A DNA stretch of 64,000 bases, from NCBI GenBank assembly GCA_963665325.3, contig CAXXWS020000004.1, forward strand, positions 288,001 through 352,000, written 5' to 3'. The position numbers and the translations under genes were made by a program. Under the pieces are notes generated by a model. The model searched no databases and was not told the DNA's origin. It worked only from the letters and a program-made list of their open reading frames with translations. Shown here piece by piece: positions 50,701 to 59,357 of the stretch. The number at the start of each line of letters is the position of its first letter. The first letter of the stretch is position 1. This stretch comes from Alphaproteobacteria bacterium (lineage in GTDB: Bacteria; Pseudomonadota; Alphaproteobacteria; Bin95).

Positions 50701-52528
50701 GCAACGGCAGGGCGAGGAGACGGATACGCCGCCGTTCCTGCTTCCGGGCGCAGACGAGGTCATGGCGCGCGCGGTCGCGCTCTCCCTCGTCGAGGACCTG
50801 CCGGCGGACATGCGGGTATTCCTCGACGGCATGCTGAATGAACACGAACGGCATATCGCGCATGAGCAGGAGGTGCGGGGCCTGGCCGACCGCCTCCGCG
50901 CGCACTGGCGGCGCTGGCCGGAACTCGGCTGGATCGCCTCGGCGCGGGGCTGCGCGCGGCAGGACCTGCCGGAACGTGCGGCGTGGCGCGAGGAAGGCGA
51001 GGCGCTGCTGGACGAGGCATGCGGCCTGGACGTGATACCGGACATTGCCGCCGGGCTTGAAGGCGAGATGGCGGCGGTGGAGCGCATGCGGCTGCGTGAC
51101 GATGCCGAACGATTCCGGCGCGACCGGACGGCGCTCGGCGCGGGCGCCGTCCGCGAGGGCGTGCCGGAGCTGCATATGGAGGGCTGCGCCGAACTTGCCG
51201 CACTGGCCGGACGGCTCGCGCAAGCCGAGGGCCTCGACCCGGCCGACCGGCGCCTGGTGGACGAGTGGCTGACGGTCCATGACAGGCAGACGGCGCTTGC
51301 CGGTGCGGTCCGCTCGCTGCCGAGCCGGGCGGAGGCATGGCGGGCGCGCAGGGAGACGGACCTGCCGCTTGACAGGCATGGCGGGGCCGACCCGGTCGAT
51401 CCCGCCTGCCGCGCCTGGCGCGAGGAGGGCGAGGCGCTCCGGGAAGAGGCCGCCGGCATGTTGGAGGGGACAAGCCCGCACGGTCCTCACATGGGCGCCG
51501 TGCCGGGAGCACGGGAGGCGGTCGCCGCGGCGCTGGCGGAGATCGACGCCGCGGTCTTCGAGGACCGCTTTCAGCGGTTCGCCTGGCTGACGCGGCATAT
51601 CACCGGCCAGGCGAAGGAGGCAGGAACCGTATGGTACTATGCGCCCCGCTACCCGGAGACGGTCGCCCATGTCCGTTCGCTCTTCGGGGAAGAAAGCCTC
51701 GATGAAGACCGGAGGCGGGCCGTCGGAGACTGGCTCCGGTATGACGACCGGTGCGAACGGCTCCGCCGGGAGATCCGGGACTGGCCGGCGCGCGCCGATG
51801 CGCTCCTCGGCGAGCGGCCCGGGCCGGGGAAGGACCTGGGGCCGATGCGGCGCTGGCGCGCCAGGGCGGAGCCGATGCTGACCGAGGGCCGCGCGATGCA
51901 GGCGAAGGAAAGCCCGCATGCGCCCCACCTTGCCGCCATGCCGGACGAATGCAGGGCGCTGGCCGAAACGGCCGGCCGGCTCGAAAACGCACTGGCCGAA
52001 ATCGAGACGGCGGAGGTCGACCGCCTTCTGAAGATTGCCGGACTGGCCTCCGAACGGACCGGCGGCATCGCGTCCGACACGGCCGAACATGCCGATCCGA
52101 CGCGACACGAGCGCCTGGCAAGGGACCGGGCCCGCGTCGAGGCGTTCCTCGATCTGGCGCGCAAGCAGCTGGACGAGCGCGACCGCATGGACGGCCTTCC
52201 TCGCGAGGTCCGGGCGATGGCGGGGCTGCCGCTCACGCCGGAGGCATGGAAGCAGGACGCCGATGCGGTGCTTGCCGAGGCAAACGCGCTCGGGCGGGAC
52301 ATCCCGGCGGGGGAACTCAAGGCCCATCTCGCCGCCGCCGGCGCCGGGCCCGATGCGATCGATGAGAATGCCGCGAAAATTGCCGAACGGCTGCGCGAGG
52401 ACGAGGAAGCCCGTGCCGCCGAGCGGCAACGGCAGGCGGAGCAACAGGCGCAGGCCCGGGAGGCCGAACGCCTGAAGCTCGAAGAGGAACGGGAACAGAG
52501 CGAGGGCGGCGGGATGTCGATGTCGTAG
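47771..52528 (+). CDS. MOBF (TrwC/TraI-like) relaxase-helicase with repetitive C-terminal extension
   Basis: N-terminal YF...GYY, DLTFSAPKSVS, HLTSRDRDPTLHTH (3H), helicase GHAGSGKTT, VDEASM, LVGDTAQL, HAYCSTVHGAQGRT. Confidence 0.93.
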   Translation: MVATFVELRSSAVTVSYFERDGYYARNDPEHRQASFWHGGAAEALGLGGHVRPKRFESVLAGFVPGTDIRLGRMREGERVHRPGWDLTFSAPKSVSIEALVMGDRRVIRAHDEAVRATLDWVERDLLQTRGWDAVTRRRPRVKAGGMVAAGFRHLTSRDRDPTLHTHCVLANMTRNADGQWRSVEPTAIKWNKKLIGSYYRNELARRLEALGMAVAPRLVGRIPGFELAGYSRDFVEAFSARRLAIEADLKRNKLPYTAKNAQAAALRTRRRKSEESLADLVPEWRARVRELGLVREKAALAPPRPLDPLTGERTARPCMPALDATANELRRQRRAPALPKLVRDGAAVRADKASLRLARSTARAELSYEPAPGLLEAVARAVAHVEERRVRIPEAEIRAVALGHAPGRYTLAEVDTATARLVRSGELVETDSRGADRAFITDRAVKTERRMLAAMRAARGEGRAEADPDTVAARLRQSGLTSGQQQAVRTVLLSRDRIVGVQGHAGSGKTTMLRTVKELLDGRTIMGLAPSASAARVLAREADIPSRTLQWFLTRHGDLSDPARLARARAEFGRAVLAVDEASMIDTVRMEALLRIARNLGVARIVLVGDTAQLRAVDAGQPFRVLQKAGMATAVMDEVLRQKDPELKTAAGRAREGEPGAAIRELGPRVHEHSREELGPDAGRRWLALSPEERADALILAPTHAIRRQVNETVREGLEAEGLLHGRALAIDRLVDRRLTRAQASDIRSYEPGDTVVFHRDVFGCRAGDVCMVTGKDEGHVAMAGPDGGERRFRPSGNAAAYLGLYDTERIEVMTGDRIRWTRNRKAPPARFGHPRQPDLVNGGEAEIVEIDRQRVLFRDDAGRTFPLRRKDPQLRHLDHAYCSTVHGAQGRTARAVIAVLDAHGAVDQAMFHVEVSRASESFQLLTDDREALVEMLEARPDREDGALEALGLDPAALPVVEPELFEALAADWRTLQRQGEETDTPPFLLPGADEVMARAVALSLVEDLPADMRVFLDGMLNEHERHIAHEQEVRGLADRLRAHWRRWPELGWIASARGCARQDLPERAAWREEGEALLDEACGLDVIPDIAAGLEGEMAAVERMRLRDDAERFRRDRTALGAGAVREGVPELHMEGCAELAALAGRLAQAEGLDPADRRLVDEWLTVHDRQTALAGAVRSLPSRAEAWRARRETDLPLDRHGGADPVDPACRAWREEGEALREEAAGMLEGTSPHGPHMGAVPGAREAVAAALAEIDAAVFEDRFQRFAWLTRHITGQAKEAGTVWYYAPRYPETVAHVRSLFGEESLDEDRRRAVGDWLRYDDRCERLRREIRDWPARADALLGERPGPGKDLGPMRRWRARAEPMLTEGRAMQAKESPHAPHLAAMPDECRALAETAGRLENALAEIETAEVDRLLKIAGLASERTGGIASDTAEHADPTRHERLARDRARVEAFLDLARKQLDERDRMDGLPREVRAMAGLPLTPEAWKQDADAVLAEANALGRDIPAGELKAHLAAAGAGPDAIDENAAKIAERLREDEEARAAERQRQAEQQAQAREAERLKLEEEREQSEGGGMSMS

Positions 52529-52651
52529 AGCGCGAGCGCGCGTCCGGCGCGCGGCACACAGTCGCCAACCCCGTCAACGCCTCAAGAACCCGAACCGGCA
52601 AGCCCGATAGACCGATGGACGACGACAGCGCAGGCTGCGACACTGGCATGG

Positions 52652-52897
52652 GACGAAAGCGGTCTCTACGGTGCCACCGTGGCGGCCAAGGTCCACCGCG
52701 AACCGAGACGGGCAGGAGGCGTTCGCCCGCCGCGCGAATTCGTGCTGATGGACCGCGCCGCCGTCGGCCTCGGCTCCGTCTTCATGCGGCTGCGTGCCGA
52801 AATCAACTGGCATCGCCTCTTCCATGGCCTGATCGACGGTTTCGAGATCGAGGCGCTCGCCGCGCGGCAACGATCCGCGCTTGAGGCCGCTGGTCTG
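52652..52897 (+). pseudogene. C-terminal fragment of AarF/ABC1/UbiB-family kinase
   Basis: VHRE...PPREFVLMDRAAVGLGSVFMRLRAEINWHRLF...ARQRSALEAAGL resembles alphaproteobacterial ABC1 kinase C-termini; no N-terminal part. Confidence 0.6.
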
Positions 52898-53123
52898 CGC
52901 CAGGTTACGCTGGGCCCAGGGTTGTCCCCGACGACGCCGACCGGTGCGGCATTATTGCTTGCCGCCCGGCTGCTATCCGGTGCACGGTTATATTCGATTC
53001 GTCGATTCAACGGCGTTGTCGCGCTCCCGAAACACGGGGACGGAGCGCGTCTGTTGCGCCTGCCGATGAACAGGCAGGACTTCAAGGAGGCCCCCTCGCG
53101 GCAGCGGATAAGGAGACGACGTC

Positions 53124-54758
53124 ATGGCAGGGAACCGACCTGAGACCCTCGTGGCGGAAAGGGGGCTGATGAAGGGCCTTCACTCCGGCATGGGATTCGC
53201 GGCGAAAGGCATGGTGGCCGCTTTTGTCGTGTTCACCGTGCTGAATGTCGAGTTCGCCAACGGCATCTACTCGGCGGTCCGGGACTGGATCCAAGTGTCC
53301 CTGGCTTGGTACTACATTCTCATCGTCGTCTTCCTGGTGTTCGTCTGCCTCTACCTGCTGTGTTCGCGGCACGGATCGGTCCGCCTCGGGGACGACGATT
53401 CGCGGCCGGAGTTCAGTAATTTCTCCTGGTTCGCAATGCTGTTCTCCGCCGGCGTCGGCATCGGCATCCTGTTCTTCGGCGTGGCGGAGCCGATCTTCTA
53501 TTTCGACAACTCCGGCGCCTTCGGCTATCCGAACAACCCCCATGCCGATGCAGTCGGCGTCACCGACATGGACATGAACCGCGCTGTCCATGCCATGCGC
53601 GTGACCTATTTCCACTGGGGATTCCACGGCTGGGCGATCTACGTGATCATCGGGCTCTGCCTGGCCTATTTCGGTTTCCGGAAGAAGCTGCCGCTTACCA
53701 TGCGCTCGGCGCTCTACCCGATTATCGGCGACCGCATCTACGGCCCCATCGGGCACGGCGTGGACCTGCTCGCGGTGTTCGGCACCGTGTTCGGTGTCGC
53801 CACCTCGCTCGGCCTCGGCGTGACCCAGATGGCGACGGGCATGAATGTGCTGTTCGGCCTCGATCCCGGCATCGCAACGCAACTCGTGCTGATCGTGGTC
53901 ATCTCGATCGTTGCGACGATCTCGGCCGTTTCGGGAGTCGGCAACGGGATCCGCATCATCTCGGAGTGGAATATCTGGCTCTCGGTGGTGCTGCTGGCGT
54001 TCTTCCTGTTCTTCGGGCCGTTCAAATGGCTGATGGGGTTCTTCGTGACCTCCATCGGCGACTACATCTGGAACGTGATCCCGATGGGCTTTTGGACCGC
54101 TGGCACCGATGCGGAGATCGCCTGGCAGGGCGGCTGGACCATCTTCTACTGGGGCTGGTGGATTTCCTGGGCGCCCTTCGTCGGCATGTTCATCGCCCGC
54201 ATCAGCCGTGGGAGGACGATCCGCCAGTTCATGGTGGGCGTGCTGTTCGTGCCGACCACCATCGCCTTCTTCTGGCTGTGCATGTTCGGCGGCAACGCCA
54301 TGTACATGGAGCTCATGGCAGAGGGCGGCGTCGGCACGGCCGGCATCGTCGATCTGGTCCGCGCGTGGGATCTGCCATCGGCGCTTTACGGCACCATCGA
54401 CCGGTTGACCGAACTCGCGTTCCTGCAATGGATCATGGCGGCGCTGGCAACGCTGCTGCTGGCGACCTGGTTCATCACCTCGTCCGACTCCGGCACACTG
54501 GTCATCACCACCATGCTGTCCATGGGCGACGACAACCCGCCGCAACGCTTCCGTATCGTCTGGGGCCTGGGCGAAGGCTTCGTTGCCGGCGTTCTGCTGC
54601 TGGCCGGCGGCCTCAAGGCGCTTCAGACGGCTTCCATCGCAGCGGCGCTGCCGATCTCGGTCATCATGCTGTTCATGACCTACGGCCTGATAAAGTCGCT
54701 GTCGGAGGACAGTTCGGCCGTGCCGGCCGAGGGGAAGGCCGAGGCGGCGCCTGCCTGA
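53124..54758 (+). CDS. BCCT-family (betaine/choline/carnitine) transporter
   Basis: SWFAMLFSAGVGIG, FHWGFHGWAIY, WTIFYWGWWISWAPFVGMFIARISRGRTIR, TSSDSG. Confidence 0.95.
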   Translation: MAGNRPETLVAERGLMKGLHSGMGFAAKGMVAAFVVFTVLNVEFANGIYSAVRDWIQVSLAWYYILIVVFLVFVCLYLLCSRHGSVRLGDDDSRPEFSNFSWFAMLFSAGVGIGILFFGVAEPIFYFDNSGAFGYPNNPHADAVGVTDMDMNRAVHAMRVTYFHWGFHGWAIYVIIGLCLAYFGFRKKLPLTMRSALYPIIGDRIYGPIGHGVDLLAVFGTVFGVATSLGLGVTQMATGMNVLFGLDPGIATQLVLIVVISIVATISAVSGVGNGIRIISEWNIWLSVVLLAFFLFFGPFKWLMGFFVTSIGDYIWNVIPMGFWTAGTDAEIAWQGGWTIFYWGWWISWAPFVGMFIARISRGRTIRQFMVGVLFVPTTIAFFWLCMFGGNAMYMELMAEGGVGTAGIVDLVRAWDLPSALYGTIDRLTELAFLQWIMAALATLLLATWFITSSDSGTLVITTMLSMGDDNPPQRFRIVWGLGEGFVAGVLLLAGGLKALQTASIAAALPISVIMLFMTYGLIKSLSEDSSAVPAEGKAEAAPA

Positions 54759-54939
54759 ACGGTCCCGGGCCGCCGAGTTCGCGTTTCAGCTCGACTCGGC
54801 GTTCGGGTATCCGGCGGTGCTGGGCCGGCCCCAGGCCGGGCCGGCTTCGCTCACCCGGTTGCGTCAGCGAGCAGGCAGGCGTCGGCGAGCGGCACGACCG
54901 GGCTCAGGTGTCAACGGCGGAGCGCTGGCAACGGCGGAG

Positions 54940-55029
54940 CGCTGGCCCATCTTCGATATCTTGCCCAGCCGCGGCTTGCCGCCGGCTGTGTGCTGGCGCG
55001 ACACCAGGCCGAGCCAAGCCGCGTACCGG
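54940..55029 (-). mobile_element. IS110-family transposase fragment
   Basis: RYAAWLGLVSRQHTAGGKPRLGKISKMGQR matches the IS110 C-terminal motif; only about 30 codons. Confidence 0.7.
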
Positions 55030-55285
55030 GCATCACCCTCAACTCCGTCGCCTTCATCAGCGCGCGCCAGGTGCCCGTCTTGCCGTAGCCGTTGCGCTCG
55101 GCGTGATGGGAGCCGTCGATCACGACGCAAGCCTTCGTCGCCGCGTGCTTCGCGCGCTCGATAAGCGCCTCGGTCACGATCGCGTCCGCCCCCGGTGCGA
55201 TGAGGAGGCAGGTCTCTCCTGCCTCTCTGATGTGTGCGGCGATATGTGCGGCAATATCCTCGCTGGTGAGCCGGGTTCCGAGCAT
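55030..55285 (-). pseudogene. N-terminal fragment of an unidentified protein, cut by the IS110 remnant
   Basis: RBS GAGAG and ATG 55285; MLGTRLTSEDIAAHIAAHIREAGETCLLIAPG...VVIDG...GYG runs into IS110 sequence. Confidence 0.35.
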
Positions 55286-55332
55286 GTTGGCGGTCTCTCT
55301 GGACTTGCGCGGGCTACACGCACCACCTCACA

Positions 55333-56384
55333 CTAGAGCGTGATGATTTAATTGAGAATCGCAAGGGGATTCCGGTTTCAGGCTTGAGCTGATTCACTGT
55401 TGTTTTTCCGACAGTGGAGGCTTGGGCGATGAGCCGTGCAATTTCGATGGACTTGCGCGAACGCGCGATGGTCCGGTTGGCCGAGGGACAGAGCGTCCGT
55501 CAGGTGGCGTCGGCGCTCGCTGTGGCGCCGTCGAGTATAGTGAAGTGGTCGCAGCGTCTGCGGGCGACCGGCAGTTGCGCGCCGGCGAAGATCGGCGGGC
55601 GGCGTCCACGCAAGATCGTCGGGGCGTATGAGGACTGGCTTCTGGAGCGGATCGAAACCCCGTTCACCCTGCGTGGTCTGGTGAGCGAGTTGGCCGCGCG
55701 CGGCCTCCGGGTGGATTACCGCACGGTCTGGTCGGCGGTGCATCGGGCGGGCTACTCGTTCAAAAAAAACCGCGCTGGCCAGCGAGCAATGCCGCCCGGA
55801 CGTCGCGCGCCGACGGACGCGCTGGAAACGCCACCAGAAACGGGTTGATCCGCGCCGGCTGGTCTTCATCGACGAGACTTGGGCCAAAACCAACATGGCT
55901 CCGCTGCGCGGCTGGGCGCCGAAGGGCAAACGCCTGATCGGGCGCGCGCCGCACGGCCACTGGCGCACCATGACCTTCATTGCCGCACTGCGCGTCGACC
56001 GGATCGACGCGCCTTGCGTCCTCGACGGACCGGTCAACGCCAAGGCCTTCCAAACCTATGTCGAACACTTCCTCGTCCCCACGCTGACCCCAAGCGATGT
56101 GGTCGTTATGGACAATCTTGCCAGCCACAAAAACGCAACCGTCAGAAAGGCCATCCGAAATGCCGGCGCCCACTTGCTGTTCCTGCCGCCATACAGTCCC
56201 GACCTGAACCCGATCGAGCAGGTCTTCGCCAAACTCAAACATCTGTTGCGAGACGCCGCCGAACGAACCACCGAAACCACATGGCAGCGTATCGGCACCC
56301 TCCTCGACCGCTTCTCACCCCAGGAATGTGCCAACTACATCCAAAACGCTGGATACGCTTCCGTATGAAATCATCACGCTCTAG
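55333..56384 (+). mobile_element. IS630-family insertion sequence (complete)
   Basis: Perfect 17-bp inverted repeats CTAGAGCGTGATGATTT (55333-55349) / AAATCATCACGCTCTAG (56368-56384). Confidence 0.93.
55429..56368 (+). CDS. IS630 transposase, two frames joined at an A8 run
   Basis: orfA HTH MSRAISMDLRER...YSFKK; +1 frame after 55762-55769 gives LVFIDETW...VMDNL...LPPYSPDLNPIE. Confidence 0.9.
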
Positions 56385-56533
56385 TTCGGGTTTCGGCGCT
56401 GTGGTATCCCGCGCCCAGGCACAGATTGTCCGAAGCCGTGGGCATGCTGTCAGCCGGCTGCCCGGCGGCGCATTCAGAGGGTAATCGCCGGAGCGTCTCC
56501 GCCCCTTCGCAGGCCAGCGCAATCTGAAGGCGA

Positions 56534-56992
56534 TCATTTCCCTGACTGCCAGTCCTGGCTCGATGCGGTCGTCAACGAGGCCCAGTCGTCGGGCGGATTT
56601 CCCCGCATGAGCATCCTGGCGAAGACCGTGTACGGATCGTTTCTGCTCCCCGAGGAGCGCAGCGTGGATTGGTCATTGACCCACGCGTAGACGATCGCCC
56701 TCGCCCTGGCATCGTACCGGAAGAACAATCGAAACCGTCTGCCGATCCTGGCGCGCCGCCAATGGCGGTAGCGCGGGCCGAGCGTGCTGCCCTGGCGGTA
56801 CTCGTCCCGGGATGGATCCTGCGGGATGACTTCCAGCATCAGCCGGCTCAATGTTTGGAACAGCTTGACGTTCGCATTGGATCCGAATCCCGTCGGATCG
56901 CTTCGTTGCGCGCGCTGGACTGCATCGTGGAGCTTGCGCAGCTGATAGATGAGGCAATCGTGGAAAAGCAGCGTCCACCCGTGGCGCTGCAT
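56534..56992 (-). CDS. yhaV: YhaV-family toxin
   Basis: GWTLLFH, IPQDP...YRQG.TLG, WRRA, RFRLFFRY, AWVND..TLR..GS..DPY.VF..ML.RGNPPDDW. Confidence 0.9.
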   Translation of the reverse strand: MQRHGWTLLFHDCLIYQLRKLHDAVQRAQRSDPTGFGSNANVKLFQTLSRLMLEVIPQDPSRDEYRQGSTLGPRYRHWRRARIGRRFRLFFRYDARARAIVYAWVNDQSTLRSSGSRNDPYTVFARMLMRGNPPDDWASLTTASSQDWQSGK

Positions 56993-57312
56993 CAGAGGTC
57001 GACGTCGCCGTCGATGTCCTCGTCCGGTCCCGGTTCACGCTCGGCATGTTCGAGCATGTCCTGTGCCAGATCGTCGGGGATCGTCCGAACATGCCGCCCG
57101 GCCTGGATATCGCCGGCGAGCAGATCGAGAAACGCAGCGATGGCCGGATCTTCATGCTCGGTGTCGGCACGGCTGACCACGATCTGTCCATCCTCGTGCA
57201 GTTCGAACGCCACCTTGGCGCCGACATCGACCCCCAGCGCCTGACGGACCGTCTTGGGCAGGGTGATCTGGCCCTTCGCGGTCATCGTGGCGACTTCGTG
57301 GATGATCGACAT
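56992..57312 (-). CDS. prlF: PrlF-family (AbrB-fold) antitoxin
   Basis: ATMTAKGQITLPKTVRQALG, HEDPAIAAFLDLL; upstream of yhaV. Confidence 0.9.
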   Translation of the reverse strand: MSIIHEVATMTAKGQITLPKTVRQALGVDVGAKVAFELHEDGQIVVSRADTEHEDPAIAAFLDLLAGDIQAGRHVRTIPDDLAQDMLEHAEREPGPDEDIDGDVDL

Positions 57313-57342
57313 GATCGGCGCTCCTTCTGTGCCGTGCGCGAC

Positions 57343-57362
57343 GGTAAGGATTATTCCTTACC
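57343..57362. promoter_or_regulatory. Palindromic operator upstream of prlF
   Basis: GGTAAGGA-TTAT-TCCTTACC about 30 bp upstream of the prlF start; autoregulation inferred. Confidence 0.6.
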
Positions 57363-57586
57363 TGGTCAACGCCATGCGGAGGTTGTGTCGGTGACCAGGA
57401 TACCTGGCCTCGGAACCCCGCATTGTTGCCCGCGCGTTGAGCGCGATCCCGTCGTTCATGGCCGAGGTGCGCCGCCCCTCGCTCAGTCGTCCAGGTCCTT
57501 GCGCAGGTACCGCAGGCCTCACTGAAGAGGATATGTGAGCCGGCCCCAACCCGTGATGCAGGCCAGCCGAAGCAATATGGGGATCA

Positions 57587-57905
57587 AGGCTTCGCTGGGC
57601 GGAAGAATGGGCGGCGAAGACGGGCGGCGTCGACTTCGATGCGCCGGAGCATGACGAACTGATCGAGCGCGGGCGCTCCCTCGACGCCCGGCCCGACCTC
57701 CCGGACAATCTGCGCGAGGCCGTTCCCGGTCATCTCCAACGCCATGATCGCCTGGAGAAGAACCGCACCGATGTCAAAGCGTTCCTCAACAGGGCCGGCC
57801 GGTTGCTGCGCGACCGCCACAGACCCGCCAGGTCCGCCCCGGAAGACCGGGCGCAGGCAGGCCTGCCGCTCACATGGGAGGCGTGGAAGCAGAACGCAGA
57901 CGCGC
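57587..57905 (+). pseudogene. Remnant paralogous to the last C-terminal repeat of the relaxase
   Basis: KTGGVDFDAPEH...RHDRLEKNRTDVKAFL...AGLPLTWEAWKQNADA versus relaxase RTGGIASDTAEH...RHERLARDRARVEAFL...AGLPLTPEAWKQDADA. Confidence 0.75.
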
Positions 57906-58024
57906 CGCGCTGCTCGCCGACGCGGAAGACAATCCCGACTGACCAAAAAACCAGGCGCCCGGAGCCATGCTCAAGGCCGGCCGGAACTTATTGAAATACC
58001 CGGCCGGAATCTCTGAAATACGCA

Positions 58025-58123
58025 GGCCACGACGCCGACGCGGTCGAGGCGCTGTTCGTCGATCTCTTCCTCGACGCCCATGAGCGCGTGCCGGAGCAAC
58101 TGGTGTTCGACCTCGACGCCAAT
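58025..58123 (+). mobile_element. IS1380-family transposase fragment
   Basis: GHDADAVEALFVDLFLDAHERVPEQLVFDLDA resembles the IS1380 segment around the first catalytic Asp. Confidence 0.65.
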
Positions 58124-58203
58124 CGTGGAGTTGCGGCAACTCCCTGCGGGCACGCGGTTTTCGCAACCCGCTGTCCGGCTTCGAAGGCCGCACATTGGGG
58201 ATT

Positions 58204-59268
58204 ATGAGAAAAACCCTGCTTGCGACCTCTGCGCTGGCCTTTGCCGGCGCGCTGGCGGCCGGGCCGGCCTCGGCGGCCGACATGCTGAGCGTTGGCGTCG
58301 GCGGCTATATGCAGCAATGGTTCGGTGTATCCAGCGTCGAGGATACGGCGAACCCGGCCACCGAGGGCGGCGTCGCCCAGCAGTCCGACAGCGAAATCCA
58401 TTTCAGGGGCAAGCTGGAATCCGACAACGGCCTGACCTTCTCGGTCAAGGTCGAGATCGAAGGCAATACCCATAGCAGCCCGGTTGACGAGTCGCAGCTC
58501 ACGGTGGGCGGCGAGTTCGGCCAGATCACGCTCGGCGCGGAGGACGGCGCTTCGGTGCTGACCCATCACGGCGTGCGCGATGCGGGTTTCGGCATGGTCT
58601 GCGGCGATTTCGCGTCTTGGATCAACGGCATCAAGGGGTGCGGACCGGGCGGCATGGGCACTGCCGGCCACGGCCTCGGGGACAAGAACAACGTCACCTA
58701 CTTCTCGCCGCGCGTGAGCGGCGTGCAATTCGGCGTGACCTACATTCCGAACATCGGGCAGGAAGCCCAGACCGCTCCCCTGACGGACAATGACAACGAC
58801 GCCTGGTCGGTCGGCGGCAACTACAAGGGCGATTTCGGCGGCGCCAATGTCGCGGTCTCGCTCGGCCACTACGAGAGAGCCACCGACTACACCTATTCCA
58901 ACTTCGGCCTCAATGTCGGCACGGGCGCGTTCAGCTTCGATGTCGCCTATGCGGTGGAAGACGACGGCATGGATGCGGACACCGGAAAGGACACCGACGT
59001 GATGACCGCCGGTGCGATGTACACGGATGGCCCGATGTCGATCAGCCTCAGCCACACCGTGGCCGATGCCGACGATGGCGACGAGCAGTCGGGGACGTTG
59101 CTTTCCGTCGGTTACACGCTGGCGCCGGGTGTTGCCTGGAGAAGCTCGCTCTTCGCCGCCGAAAGGGACCGCGGCATGACTGCCGTGCAAGGCGATGACG
59201 ACGAGAACATTGCCGGCAGCAGCGTCGAGGGCAACGGCTTCGTGACCGGCATCACGATCGGCTTCTGA
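58204..59268 (+). CDS. Alphaproteobacterial general porin
   Basis: MRKTLLATSAL signal, DSEIHF, DNGLTF, GEFGQITLG, TYFSPR, terminal GITIGF. Confidence 0.9.
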   Translation: MRKTLLATSALAFAGALAAGPASAADMLSVGVGGYMQQWFGVSSVEDTANPATEGGVAQQSDSEIHFRGKLESDNGLTFSVKVEIEGNTHSSPVDESQLTVGGEFGQITLGAEDGASVLTHHGVRDAGFGMVCGDFASWINGIKGCGPGGMGTAGHGLGDKNNVTYFSPRVSGVQFGVTYIPNIGQEAQTAPLTDNDNDAWSVGGNYKGDFGGANVAVSLGHYERATDYTYSNFGLNVGTGAFSFDVAYAVEDDGMDADTGKDTDVMTAGAMYTDGPMSISLSHTVADADDGDEQSGTLLSVGYTLAPGVAWRSSLFAAERDRGMTAVQGDDDENIAGSSVEGNGFVTGITIGF

Positions 59269-59357
59269 GCCTGCGCGGCAATCGACATCACGAAGGAACG
59301 ATCAAGACAATTTGCCCGGCTGGCGCGGCCGGCCCGGGTTGAAAGGAGAGAGGTTCG

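Noticed and set aside
54940-55029. IS110 bridge-RNA recombinase system
   Set aside because: Only about 30 codons remain; no RuvC-like domain or recognisable non-coding end.
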